This document shows, piece after piece, positions 49,388 to 59,065 of a DNA stretch of 64,000 nucleotides. This DNA is from a virus. The position numbers were made by a program, and so were the translations under genes. How positions within the stretch are numbered: the stretch's first letter is position 1; each line of letters opens with the position of its first letter. The stretch is from the IMG/VR virus record IMGVR_UViG_3300023313_000003, positions 1 through 64,000 of that record. The stretch is one strand, 5' to 3'. Below the pieces are notes generated by a model. The model worked only from the letters and a program-made list of their open reading frames with translations. It ran no database searches and had not been told where the DNA came from.

Positions 49388-50047
49388 TTATTGATTATTA
49401 CCATTATTGGTTAAAACGTACTCTCCCATTAATTCTTTTAAAAACTCTCCAGTAACTTCTTCAGAAGGGTCAAGCAGAGAAATAGCTTCAGCTAGGAACT
49501 TCAAAGCACCTTCACTAAAATCCTTCTCTTGTTCTTCAGATTTTGCTTCTTGCTCTACCATTGAAAATTTAGCAGCAGTATTACAAGGTATTGAAACTAT
49601 TGAGATTTCTAATAGTTCTATTTCTTTGACATAATTTGTTGCGCTGGCTTTATCCCAATCTGCATCAACTTCATTATATCCTATAGAGAAGGTGCATAAG
49701 ATTCCTTCTTTAATTTTTAATCGAATATCTTCACAATCTTTAGAATTACTGATAACACAAATAACCTTAAGGCCACGTTCATCAATACTCATTTCAGTAA
49801 TTTTGCCAATTACTTTATCCCAATCATGCATATATAATAATATTGGATTATTTTGGTATTCTTTTAATGTTTTTTCAAAAGCTTCAGGAAGGACAACATC
49901 TCCAACTCTATCTCTATCTTTAGTATTCGCATAACCAGATATTTTGATTGTTCCATCTGCTGACTTCTGAACGCTTTTTGCGTCCCACTCTAAAGCACAA
50001 TCTAATATTTTTGATTTTTTATTCTTAGTATTTGTTTTCTTAATCAT
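49388..50047 (-). CDS. HK97-family prohead protease
   Basis: GYAN..DR.GD, LYMHD, IG, FSIGY, L.EIS.VS.P.N. Confidence 0.93.
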   Translation of the reverse strand: MIKKTNTKNKKSKILDCALEWDAKSVQKSADGTIKISGYANTKDRDRVGDVVLPEAFEKTLKEYQNNPILLYMHDWDKVIGKITEMSIDERGLKVICVISNSKDCEDIRLKIKEGILCTFSIGYNEVDADWDKASATNYVKEIELLEISIVSIPCNTAAKFSMVEQEAKSEEQEKDFSEGALKFLAEAISLLDPSEEVTGEFLKELMGEYVLTNNGNNQ

Positions 50048-50072
50048 TTCGACTCCTAATGCTACAAGAAGA

Positions 50073-50081
50073 TATTTACAA
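50073..50081 (-). promoter_or_regulatory. candidate late promoter TTGTAAATA
   Basis: AAAAGTTGTAAATATC, identical to the copy upstream of the portal. Confidence 0.65.
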
Positions 50082-50092
50082 CTTTTCTATTT

Positions 50093-52708
50093 TTAGAAAT
50101 TAAACATAAAATCAAAAGTATTTTGAGTCCGATCAATATCTAGTATATTGTCTATATAATTAGAGTCGCCTTTCATGTGGTAAATAACTGAACATCTGCA
50201 ATTTATAACTTCTTCTGCTGGGCCTTTTGCTTCTCTAGGGAAGTCTAATCCATTACTAAAAGACTTATCAGAGGCAACTTCTTCACCATCTAAGATAACA
50301 TGATTTGCTTTATCTCCATTTAAAGGACTTCTAACTTGTCCATCTTGTGCGGTTATCCAAGTTTTTAATAAGTTGTCTTTAAAATTAGGAATTTCATTAG
50401 ACAACTTTTCTACTTTTATACTTTGACCTTGAGAAACTGCTGTTAAAACTTCAGTTCTTGCTATAGTATTCGCTCTACCTTGTTTAATTTCATCAAAAGT
50501 TTCCTGTATCTTAAGAGATAATTCTTGAGAGGAGTCTTGAGCTTTAAAAGAATCGATAATAACCTTTTTTATTTGTTCTCTTGTTACTTCAGTTACTCCT
50601 GTAATTTTTTCTGCTGCCCTTTTTTTTAACCAATTAGTAGCTAACTCATTAGGATATGAAGTTGCTTGTTTAGGTAAAGTTCTGGAGAATCCTAACTCCA
50701 TAGCTGCTAAATCTGAATCTGAAACTTTTACACTTTCTATCTCTACAAATTGAAGAATCCAATCAAAAAGAGGAAGCCCTTCAATATCGCTATCATCTTT
50801 AGTTAAACTTTTAAAATCAATTTTATTTATATCTTCTAAAACTAAAACCTTCATTCTATCAAACATTTCTTGAACGTCTTTTAACTTAGCTTCAATTAGA
50901 GGTTTAACTCCATCTCCAGTTAGTGCTTTACAATATTCTTGTAATTTTAATTCTTTCTCATTTAAGTTTTTTTTTTCTTCATCATCTTGTGAAGCTTTAG
51001 GATTTTGTGATTCATCTTGAACTTCACTATTAGGCTTAACTGCTTCTGAGTTTTCTCCCCCTGGCGCAAGACCTTCAGCTACAACTTGCTCTATGGCCGC
51101 GGTTAATGCTTGGCCTAATGGAACTCCTGAAGCAATTAAGATTCCTACTAGTTGAGAAAGTCTTTCCGCATAAGTAGCCCGAGTTGGTTCAATGTCTGAT
51201 AATGTAGCTAAATCTGGTTGAGGAGCTTCAATCTTAGTTTCAATATCGTTTGGAGCAGAAGCTTCAGTATTAGAATCTGAAGAAGAACTGCCATACATAT
51301 CTTGAGTGTTTAAAGTAGAAACAATTAAAGGAACTTGATTACCCATTTCTACTGCTGGTTTTTTCCAGATCTCTTGTCTGATTTCATTTATTGACCATCC
51401 TGCTTTACTCATTAAGATTGCAGTTTCAGCCTTGTCTTTTATACTTTCTTGAAGAGCTTCAATCATAGAAGTATCAAAAGAAAATTTAAGATTTCTTTCA
51501 ACATTTAGAATATCTAAATCTAAGTTGAAAGCATCTTCAATAAACCTTTTCATAGGTATTACTGTATCTGTCCAAAAGATCTTTTCTTGAACTAAAGCGT
51601 TCGCATAAGTCGCTCCATCTAAGAGGCCAACTTTTACTGGTGGAACTCCATAAGCTGACAAAATTGGTTCTTTATTAAATTTAGAAAATTCAACCAAAGA
51701 AGTCTCGCCAGGGTTCTGTTCAATAGTTTGGTAATCCATACCTTCAGGAAGGATTAATGTCTTATGATGATTATTTTTTCCAGTGTAGTCATTTTCAAAC
51801 GAACGAGTTAATCTTGTTAGCTGATCTTTAGTGAGTTTTTTAGTAGTTTTTATTACTCCACCAAGTCTTGCACCATTCTTATAAAATCTAATCATGTGTT
51901 CTGAAGTGAATTTATCAATTAATACATGTTTAAGCACAGGAACAAGAGGAGCAAGCCCATTAAAAGCATCAGTAGGATTAGGAAGTCTAATATGAATTAC
52001 TTCATCTAAAGTAAATTGATACATTCCATCTTCAGTTTGCATTGAGTACCCAACTAATTCATAAGTGTTACCATCAAATACAGGTTCAACTAGTGAGGAG
52101 TTAAGTCTATACATAGAATGTACGTTTGATTTTCTATGAGATCTTATTTGTTGTTCTAACGCAGAGACTGGCCTTGAATCTCCTTCAATTTCACCTTCTT
52201 TAGTTTTAAGAATAAAAGCTTGACCTGTAGCTAGAAGGTCAATTAAGACCAACATATAAAATTCAACAGGCAATTGAGATTGATTTGGGTAAGTTAGTAA
52301 ATCATATTCTGGTTCTGCTGATGCATCTATCCAAGTTTCTTTGTAAGTAGTTGTTTCATTTCCTTTATCATCTGTAAGTATTTGTTTTTGTATCTTTCTT
52401 TTCTCTAATTTGATGGGAAGTGTTGAAATAGTCTTTGCAATTGTGTGAATTACTATAAAAACCCACGTTTCAGAGGCATAAAGACGCTGTAAAGTCGCTG
52501 AATTGATCGTTTCACCAACAACCCCCATTATATCAGAAGAAGAGTTAGAACTGCCATTACTGTAGTTTTTAGTGTCTAAAGCCCTTAATTCTGCCTCTAT
52601 ATCGCTTTCATCTAGCTTATTCTCTAGTTCAAGTATCTTATTTTCCAAAATATCAATCTTATTCTCTTGTGGATTTTTTAAGATTGTTTTTTTTATTTGT
52701 TTAATCAT
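50093..52708 (-). CDS. portal protein fused to a MuF/SPP1 gp7-like minor head domain
   Basis: EVIHIR..G.AP..F.NGA..G, GVPP, INEIR; C-terminal RA.TIARTE..KTW...D..VR..H..INCRC. Confidence 0.92.
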   Translation of the reverse strand: MIKQIKKTILKNPQENKIDILENKILELENKLDESDIEAELRALDTKNYSNGSSNSSSDIMGVVGETINSATLQRLYASETWVFIVIHTIAKTISTLPIKLEKRKIQKQILTDDKGNETTTYKETWIDASAEPEYDLLTYPNQSQLPVEFYMLVLIDLLATGQAFILKTKEGEIEGDSRPVSALEQQIRSHRKSNVHSMYRLNSSLVEPVFDGNTYELVGYSMQTEDGMYQFTLDEVIHIRLPNPTDAFNGLAPLVPVLKHVLIDKFTSEHMIRFYKNGARLGGVIKTTKKLTKDQLTRLTRSFENDYTGKNNHHKTLILPEGMDYQTIEQNPGETSLVEFSKFNKEPILSAYGVPPVKVGLLDGATYANALVQEKIFWTDTVIPMKRFIEDAFNLDLDILNVERNLKFSFDTSMIEALQESIKDKAETAILMSKAGWSINEIRQEIWKKPAVEMGNQVPLIVSTLNTQDMYGSSSSDSNTEASAPNDIETKIEAPQPDLATLSDIEPTRATYAERLSQLVGILIASGVPLGQALTAAIEQVVAEGLAPGGENSEAVKPNSEVQDESQNPKASQDDEEKKNLNEKELKLQEYCKALTGDGVKPLIEAKLKDVQEMFDRMKVLVLEDINKIDFKSLTKDDSDIEGLPLFDWILQFVEIESVKVSDSDLAAMELGFSRTLPKQATSYPNELATNWLKKRAAEKITGVTEVTREQIKKVIIDSFKAQDSSQELSLKIQETFDEIKQGRANTIARTEVLTAVSQGQSIKVEKLSNEIPNFKDNLLKTWITAQDGQVRSPLNGDKANHVILDGEEVASDKSFSNGLDFPREAKGPAEEVINCRCSVIYHMKGDSNYIDNILDIDRTQNTFDFMFNF

Positions 52709-52752
52709 GAAGGCCCGCCGTTAATATTGATTTTAGCATAAATACATAATGA

Positions 52753-52761
52753 TATTTACAA
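52753..52761 (-). promoter_or_regulatory. candidate late promoter TTGTAAATA
   Basis: Upstream of the portal gene. Confidence 0.65.
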
Positions 52762-52823
52762 CTTTTATCACTATTATAATGCCTTATACCCCTGAAACGT
52801 CAAATATTTGGGTTTAAGCTTTG

Positions 52824-52832
52824 TTGTAAATA
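52824..52832 (+). promoter_or_regulatory. candidate late promoter TTGTAAATA (plus strand)
   Basis: Orientation flips with the plus-strand gene at 52872. Confidence 0.6.
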
Positions 52833-52871
52833 TAAAGAACCAAAACAAAATAAACAAATCCAAGGAACATT

Positions 52872-53660
52872 ATGGCAGATTATTTTATCGAACCTCCAAA
52901 GAAAGGTGTAGACAAATATATGATCATGGGGGATCTTCACACAGATCAACTCAATTTAAAATGCTTCAAACTAGCAATAAAAACAGCAAAAATTCACAAT
53001 GTTACAAACTTAATTGTTAATGGAGATCTTCTTGATGCAGTTTTCTTAATGGCTAAGAATGATTTGTACAAAAGGTGGATAAAAAGAATAGATGGAATAG
53101 AAGACTTTTTTATTCCAACAGCAGAGGCCGAGTTCGCATGGGGTAATTGGTTCTTCGATACCATGCAAAAGCAGTTTAAAAATATAATCTATGTTGAAGG
53201 AAATCATGATTGGAGATATTTTAATTTCCAACAGCAAATAAATCACTGTTTCAGACATAATTTTGACGTAAAAACGCAACTCAAATTAAAAGAAAGAGGA
53301 ATTAAATATATTCATTACAATGATTGGATCAACTTAGGCCCACAACTAGCAATTACCCATGGAATGTACCATGGAACTTCAGCTTGCAAAAATCACATGT
53401 TGGCAGCAGGAACTTCAGTTATATTTTCTCATATCCATCAAGAGCAAGTTATGTCTTTTGTTAGAAGAGGCAACACTATTTCAGCTAGGAGTTTACCTTC
53501 AATGGCAGACTTAAATCCAGATTATATTAAGAACAGAGAAAACAATTGGTCACTTGGTTTTGGAGAGATTTATTTACTTCCTGATGGAAATTGGAATTTT
53601 TACTGCTACACCATGTGGGACAATAAGATTGTTCTGCCAGGTGGAAAGATTCTTAAGTGA
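52872..53660 (+). CDS. calcineurin-like metallophosphoesterase
   Basis: GDLH, NGDLLD, EGNHD, THG, SHIH motifs; AAGGA RBS. Confidence 0.9.
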   Translation: MADYFIEPPKKGVDKYMIMGDLHTDQLNLKCFKLAIKTAKIHNVTNLIVNGDLLDAVFLMAKNDLYKRWIKRIDGIEDFFIPTAEAEFAWGNWFFDTMQKQFKNIIYVEGNHDWRYFNFQQQINHCFRHNFDVKTQLKLKERGIKYIHYNDWINLGPQLAITHGMYHGTSACKNHMLAAGTSVIFSHIHQEQVMSFVRRGNTISARSLPSMADLNPDYIKNRENNWSLGFGEIYLLPDGNWNFYCYTMWDNKIVLPGGKILK

Positions 53661-53971
53661 GACTACCTAAAACTTTAACTATATTTGGTGCAGAAGTTTT
53701 AATAATAAAAGTAAAAGATCTAACTGATGAACAAGAAAATAAAGTCGATGGATTATTTTTAATAGAATGTAATATTATTAAGATAGAAGCAGATTTAAGT
53801 GATGAAGATACTATTCACACCTTGCTTCATGAATTATTCCACGCAATGATAGTTAGAAATTCAATTAATCAAACAACACTCTCCCATGATGTAGAAGAAA
53901 TACTAGCAGATACTAATGCAACAATGATAACTGAATTATTTAATTTAAGGTTTAAAAGAAAGAAAAGTTAA
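53657..53971 (+). CDS. HExxH zinc metallopeptidase-like protein
   Basis: TLLHELFHA followed by downstream EE; GTGA overlap with the upstream gene. Confidence 0.8.
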   Translation: MRLPKTLTIFGAEVLIIKVKDLTDEQENKVDGLFLIECNIIKIEADLSDEDTIHTLLHELFHAMIVRNSINQTTLSHDVEEILADTNATMITELFNLRFKRKKS

Positions 53972-54165
53972 TCAATATTATATTCTTTCATTTGCTTTAA
54001 AGCTTCTTTGGTAGGCTTTAATTTATTGTATTTTTTAGGACTTTTTAGGTACTCTTCCATAAGAATTTTATGGCCATTTACTACTATATATTCAGGCCTA
54101 AAGTTTTCTCTATATGGTATTTTATATATTTCTTTTATTTCATTACTGGTCTTAGATTTTCCCAT
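53968..54165 (-). CDS. hypothetical protein
   Basis: AGGAGA RBS; converges with the plus-strand pair. Confidence 0.55.
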   Translation of the reverse strand: MGKSKTSNEIKEIYKIPYRENFRPEYIVVNGHKILMEEYLKSPKKYNKLKPTKEALKQMKEYNID

Positions 54166-54401
54166 CTTATTTCTCCTGTTGGAAATACAGGAGTACCAAT
54201 TAACTCCTGAACTTTGCTCATATCCATATTGACTGAATCTTTATTAAAAAGTTTACAAGTTTCACAATACATTTCTACTTTTTTCATTTGTTCTTCTCTT
54301 ACTCTATAAATGATTCCACCCCCTGCTCTATGACAAACAACACAATTAAAAGCTATTTCCATAAGTGAAGGGAAAGGATATATTTTTGCATCTTTATTCA
54401 A
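54135..54401 (-). CDS. small zinc-ribbon protein
   Basis: CVVC and CETC. Confidence 0.55.
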   Translation of the reverse strand: MNKDAKIYPFPSLMEIAFNCVVCHRAGGGIIYRVREEQMKKVEMYCETCKLFNKDSVNMDMSKVQELIGTPVFPTGEIRWENLRPVMK

Positions 54402-55020
54402 AAGGCCATACCTTTGTTAATTTCATTGCGTACATTGCATACTCTTTTTGTTTAAGTTTTTTATAAGAATGTATATCTTGAAATTCGTCTTCAGATAATA
54501 CTAATAAGATTAAAGCACTAATTACTGCTTCAGATCCTTTTATTATAAGAGGTATTTTACCCCCAAGAGTAGCTTGGATATAGTTATCTAAAGCAAAACA
54601 TATATGATAGTAACATTGCTCTAAGAATGTTCCTTTCATCTCTCTTTTACCTTCTACTGAAAACTTCTTGCACATATTTCTTAATTTTTGAGCATTACCT
54701 TTGCCTTCTAAATATAAAAACATTTCATCACATGACTGACTTATAACCTTGCCTTTAAAACTTTGTTGAATATCATCAATAAGAAATCTAAGTAAGTCAC
54801 ACCTTTGAGATTCAGGCATAATGCTTAAGCAAAAGAATAGAATCCAATCGCCCCTACCTTCATCTACAATATTTAAGAAGTCATTTTTACGAGTTGAAAT
54901 ATCAACATTAGTTTGCCCTTCAAATCTTTTAAATAGAATTTTTTGAGCAACAGTGCAAGCTTGCATATCTTCTATCATTTTAATATTGAAATTCTTTAAA
55001 TCTATTTTCTTCTTTGCCAT
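54394..55020 (-). CDS. hypothetical helical protein
   Basis: 208-aa ATG ORF with AGGA RBS. Confidence 0.7.
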   Translation of the reverse strand: MAKKKIDLKNFNIKMIEDMQACTVAQKILFKRFEGQTNVDISTRKNDFLNIVDEGRGDWILFFCLSIMPESQRCDLLRFLIDDIQQSFKGKVISQSCDEMFLYLEGKGNAQKLRNMCKKFSVEGKREMKGTFLEQCYYHICFALDNYIQATLGGKIPLIIKGSEAVISALILLVLSEDEFQDIHSYKKLKQKEYAMYAMKLTKVWPFE

Positions 55021-55088
55021 ATCCTACTCTTTAAGTATTACTAAGTTATCTTTGTTAATCTTGGTTAATATAAGGTATAAAGTCAAAT

Positions 55089-55343
55089 TTACTCATCTTC
55101 TTTTTCACTAAGTAAAATTTTCATAAACATTTTTTTAGTCATTCTCATATCACCTTTTCTTACTCTATCTAAAATTGACTGTTTTGCTTGTCTTTTACCT
55201 TGGTTCGATTGTTTTTTTGCTTTGTAATCTCTTAGAGTTTCTTGAAGTTCATCTTCAAGGTTTTCTAATTCTTTTCTTTTTCTTCTGATTAATCTTTTTA
55301 AATGATTTTTTCTTTCTCTTATATCAGCTACTTTATATGTCAA
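55089..55343 (-). CDS. basic coiled-coil hypothetical protein
   Basis: TTG start with AGGAGAG RBS. Confidence 0.6.
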   Translation of the reverse strand: MTYKVADIRERKNHLKRLIRRKRKELENLEDELQETLRDYKAKKQSNQGKRQAKQSILDRVRKGDMRMTKKMFMKILLSEKEDE

Positions 55344-55379
55344 GGTACTCTCCTATTTTAGAAAGTTAGTTATGATATA

Positions 55380-55388
55380 TATTTACAA
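55380..55388 (-). promoter_or_regulatory. candidate late promoter TTGTAAATA
   Basis: Intergenic, upstream of ORF 55089..55343. Confidence 0.5.
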
Positions 55389-55400
55389 TAAGAGTTAGAA

Positions 55401-55619
55401 TTAAATAAGAACTGGTTTATTTGAAAGGAAATTTTTAAAAGCTATAACTGCAAGTTTCCAAGTGTCATAGCTCCCAATTATAGTTGCGTTTACAATTAAA
55501 GAATAAGGATTAGGGCCAGGAACGTATGCGATAGTCGCATCATACCCTCGGTAACTCTCGGCCCATGTGTTATTTGAAGTCTTTTCAAAGCGATATATAT
55601 TTTCTACACTATTTTTCAT
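55401..55619 (-). CDS. hypothetical protein
   Basis: ORF in the small-gene cluster. Confidence 0.55.
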   Translation of the reverse strand: MKNSVENIYRFEKTSNNTWAESYRGYDATIAYVPGPNPYSLIVNATIIGSYDTWKLAVIAFKNFLSNKPVLI

Positions 55620-55695
55620 GTACTATATATACACTATTTCGGTAAAGTTAGTTCTATAACCTTAAGTGATATTAAAATAATAATGCAAGCGATAA

Positions 55696-55992
55696 TCATA
55701 ACATTCTCCTTATTCTATATTCTTGAAGAATTAAATCAATTCCTCGGGTAAAACTACCATCTCCAACTTTCTTTATTTCTCTCCAAGAATCAGGTAGTAA
55801 TTTAATCAATTTAGGCATACGTTTTTTATCATCTCTTGTAGGCCTACCAACTGGATTCCTATTTGGATTTTCCTTTGCCCTTCTTCTTTTATTCATAGTT
55901 GAAGGACTCATTTTACAATTGCCATGCTTTTTTTTAGGGCCTGGCTTTTTATGTTTCTTTTTAGGCTTTTCGTCTAGTATTTGGTCAAGCAT
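55696..55992 (-). CDS. putative DNA-binding protein (GRP motif plus ribbon-helix-helix-like C-terminus)
   Basis: KPGPKKK, VGRPT, then IKLLPDSW..I..VGDGSFTRGI. Confidence 0.55.
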   Translation of the reverse strand: MLDQILDEKPKKKHKKPGPKKKHGNCKMSPSTMNKRRRAKENPNRNPVGRPTRDDKKRMPKLIKLLPDSWREIKKVGDGSFTRGIDLILQEYRIRRML

Positions 55993-56210
55993 TACTTACT
56001 CCAATTATTTTTGTTTCTACATTTTCCACATAAGTCACTACTAAACTGTGGGGCCTCTCTTGTGCAATCTTTAGTAATACACTTTTTTCTAGGGTATAAG
56101 TTTTGAGGCCCACCAAACTCTTGAGATAAACTTCGACAACTTTTAATTTCGAGTATTTGCTCTTGTAGAAGTTTTAATTTTTCTTTAATATTATTAATTT
56201 GTTCTTGCAT
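55992..56210 (-). CDS. small coiled-coil plus Cys-cluster protein
   Basis: CITKDC..CGKC; GGAG RBS. Confidence 0.55.
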   Translation of the reverse strand: MQEQINNIKEKLKLLQEQILEIKSCRSLSQEFGGPQNLYPRKKCITKDCTREAPQFSSDLCGKCRNKNNWSK

Positions 56211-56373
56211 TACTTACTCCCTTTAACCTGATAACCTTTAGACTGTAAAAAATCGATAGCAACTTTTACGATAACTACATTGGCTATTTGTTTAACTGCT
56301 TGTGCTACTTTATCTTGTGTTGTTTTTTCTTTTGTCTTGCTCATTCTTTCCTCCCGAAAAAATTTTATTATTA

Positions 56374-56748
56374 TTAACTATCTTCTTCTTCTCCTGCCCA
56401 TTCGTACCAATCATCACCATGTTCTGAAAAATAATGATAATCCATATATCTATGAATTAATTCACTAAATATATCACTTTTATCTTTACTACTATAAAAT
56501 GATTCTTCGATTAAAACAGATAAAGGCATTTTAATTCTTAAAATCACTATTTCGATATGCTGAGATTCTAATCTTAATTTATTAAGAATATATTGATAAA
56601 GTTCTCTATAATGTATCAATTTACCTTTAGTTTTAAATTTCTTTTTTTCAAAAATATTTCTATTAAAAGGTTTACGATTTTCTTCATTACCAATTCTTAA
56701 AGGTTTACTATCTTCACCTATCCCTATAGTTATTTTTTTGTAATTCAT
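56374..56748 (-). CDS. hypothetical early protein
   Basis: ORF in the packed cluster. Confidence 0.6.
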   Translation of the reverse strand: MNYKKITIGIGEDSKPLRIGNEENRKPFNRNIFEKKKFKTKGKLIHYRELYQYILNKLRLESQHIEIVILRIKMPLSVLIEESFYSSKDKSDIFSELIHRYMDYHYFSEHGDDWYEWAGEEEDS

Positions 56749-56749
56749 T

Positions 56750-57601
56750 TTAAAATTTCACCTTTACAGTTTTAGTCAATCTAGCCATGTTAGAATTATC
56801 ATCAGTAAGAATCTCTAATTGGTACTTGTCGGTAATTTCTTTTAAACCATATTCAGTAAAATCGCTTAGTTCTTCTAATAGGATATTATAAGTAATTTCA
56901 ACACTTTTATTGTCCTTACCAACTACATAACTGGAGTCTAATAATTGCCAATAAGGGCCAAACTCTTCATCTAATACTGCATTATCATCTTGAATAAGGT
57001 AGTAGTCTAAAAGAGATTGTAGCTTTTCGTTTTTATCTTTTTCACAATATGCCATTATATTATTTTCTAGTAATGAATAATTATAATGTTCACAAGTATT
57101 ATCATAATCATTAACAACAAATAAACCGCAGTATATCCCATTATCTTCTCGCCATTCTTCAGCAATTAAAAAAGCATGATGATCATTAAGGTAATAAGTA
57201 ACATCTCTATTCATTGGAGTAATTACCTTTTTTGTACCCCTATCGTTAAGCATAAATATTTCTTCAGCACTTGAAGAAACTACAATTGGTGAAGAAGAAT
57301 AAAGCCCACTAACTGAGGAACAAGTCTCGCTATTATCTAAGTATTCTTCTAAGTATTTAAGTTCATCTTCTTTAAATAATCCTCTAATATGACTAATATC
57401 ATAAACATAATCAACACCATCAATATCATTGCATGACATATAGTCATAATTTTCTAAGCTATCTACATTTTTAATTAATTCATTAATGTCTTTAATATCA
57501 TCAAATATTTTGTTGTATTCCAATTGTATTTTATTATCTATTTTTATTACTTTTTCATTTTGTTTTTTTAATTCTTGTTTTAATTGGTTAATTGTTTGCA
57601 T
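56750..57601 (-). CDS. acidic hypothetical early protein
   Basis: Shared leader AAAGGAAAACAAAATG. Confidence 0.7.
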   Translation of the reverse strand: MQTINQLKQELKKQNEKVIKIDNKIQLEYNKIFDDIKDINELIKNVDSLENYDYMSCNDIDGVDYVYDISHIRGLFKEDELKYLEEYLDNSETCSSVSGLYSSSPIVVSSSAEEIFMLNDRGTKKVITPMNRDVTYYLNDHHAFLIAEEWREDNGIYCGLFVVNDYDNTCEHYNYSLLENNIMAYCEKDKNEKLQSLLDYYLIQDDNAVLDEEFGPYWQLLDSSYVVGKDNKSVEITYNILLEELSDFTEYGLKEITDKYQLEILTDDNSNMARLTKTVKVKF

Positions 57602-57616
57602 TTTGTTTTCCTTTTG

Positions 57617-58006
57617 TTAATTGTTTTCTTCTTTTTCTTCGGCCATTTCGATTAAAGTTTCTTTTTCGTAGTCACTTCTTTTATCTTCATCAATTTTTAA
57701 GTAGTCGCATAATTCAGAATGAGAATAATCATCAAAATTTTCTTGATTATCAAAATCACTTTCGGCCTCATCAAAATCATTTCGATCATAATACTCTCCA
57801 TCGTATTCAACTAAATCCTCATTATCAATAAAATCAGATAATCCACAATTATAAGCAGTAGGGTCAATTTCGCTTAATATCCTACTTGGATAATACTCAA
57901 GGCCAGCAACACTGACAGGCCCCTCACAATCTAAAAATTCATCATACCTTTGATCAATATCAACTGCTGTATAATCTTGCTCTAAAATTTCTTCTAATGT
58001 TTTCAT
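57617..58006 (-). CDS. very acidic phage early protein
   Basis: YDEFLD..V.VAG..Y.PS.IL.E.DPTAY.CG..D motif, recalled from other phage early regions. Confidence 0.7.
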   Translation of the reverse strand: MKTLEEILEQDYTAVDIDQRYDEFLDCEGPVSVAGLEYYPSRILSEIDPTAYNCGLSDFIDNEDLVEYDGEYYDRNDFDEAESDFDNQENFDDYSHSELCDYLKIDEDKRSDYEKETLIEMAEEKEENN

Positions 58007-58243
58007 TTAATTTTCCTTTGTTAATTGGTTTAATTGTTTCTTAGTTATTTCTTGGTTTAATTGGTATGATCTAGCACCTTCAGGACAATGCCATAAATCA
58101 ATAAAAGCACTTTCATCATTAGCATTGTTTAAGGCACTTATAGCCATATCCAACTCGCTATAAAATCCTATTGTTTGAGTAGTTTCATCTTCTAAAACAA
58201 TACCTAGCTCCCAATGCAATTTTATTTTATTCATTATAGCCAC
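58007..58243 (-). CDS. hypothetical protein
   Basis: Packed ORF. Confidence 0.55.
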   Translation of the reverse strand: MAIMNKIKLHWELGIVLEDETTQTIGFYSELDMAISALNNANDESAFIDLWHCPEGARSYQLNQEITKKQLNQLTKEN

Positions 58244-58491
58244 CTAAAATATAAATTAGAATTACTTAATCTTGTATATATGCCAACTGTATTTATAGTA
58301 CAAAAATTAAGCACTAATTTTATACTACCTAGACTTTCAATTTCAGTATTAACAGCTACATCAAAAGTCACAACTTCAATTGGTTTATTAAATATCGTAA
58401 ATTCATCATCATATTGATCGGGGGTAGGTAAAATAATTTCATTTCTATATATATTAAAATGTTCAGCTAAAACTTTAACTATTTCTTTCAT
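58234..58491 (-). CDS. hypothetical protein
   Basis: GAGGA RBS. Confidence 0.55.
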   Translation of the reverse strand: MKEIVKVLAEHFNIYRNEIILPTPDQYDDEFTIFNKPIEVVTFDVAVNTEIESLGSIKLVLNFCTINTVGIYTRLSNSNLYFRWL

Positions 58492-58924
58492 TACATTTAT
58501 CCTCTAATTCATCTATATTAATCTGATTATCCTTTAAAAGCTTTTCAAGTTCTTCATTTGTTATATTATTTAAGAACAAGTCAATAATTTCCCTTTCTTC
58601 AATAACAGAATCATTAATTAATTGTTGAAGTTGTGTCTTAATATTTTTTTGCTTTATCGCTTTTTTAATTCTAATTGCTTCAGAATAATAACTATTTAAT
58701 TTTTCAAAGCTAAAATCAAAGTTTTGAGTTCTATCAAGCCAAGCAATTGCATTAATATTAACTAAAAATTTATTGGCACTTTTAAGTATTTCTTCATGCA
58801 ATTCAGGGCAATTATTAGAATTTAAATAATCAAGTTCATCAATTATTAAATTTCTATAACTACTATCTAAGTTATCAAGTATCATCATTTTTATATGTAA
58901 TTTATATAAGTCATTTTCTTGCAT
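58475..58924 (-). CDS. hypothetical protein
   Basis: GAGGA RBS. Confidence 0.6.
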   Translation of the reverse strand: MQENDLYKLHIKMMILDNLDSSYRNLIIDELDYLNSNNCPELHEEILKSANKFLVNINAIAWLDRTQNFDFSFEKLNSYYSEAIRIKKAIKQKNIKTQLQQLINDSVIEEREIIDLFLNNITNEELEKLLKDNQINIDELEDKCNERNS

Positions 58925-58927
58925 GGT

Positions 58928-59065
58928 TTAATCCTCTATTTCATTTTGAACATTTGATATTAGATCAATTAAATATTCTTTTCTGTTATCGCTTAAATTT
59001 TTATCATTTGCTATTATTAGACAAGCGTTATCTAATATAGATATTATTTCCTTTTCAAATTCCAT
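58928..59065 (-). CDS. small ORF (45 aa) missing from the track
   Basis: MEFEKEIIS...; AAGGAG RBS; fills the gap exactly. Confidence 0.55.
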   Translation of the reverse strand: MEFEKEIISILDNACLIIANDKNLSDNRKEYLIDLISNVQNEIED

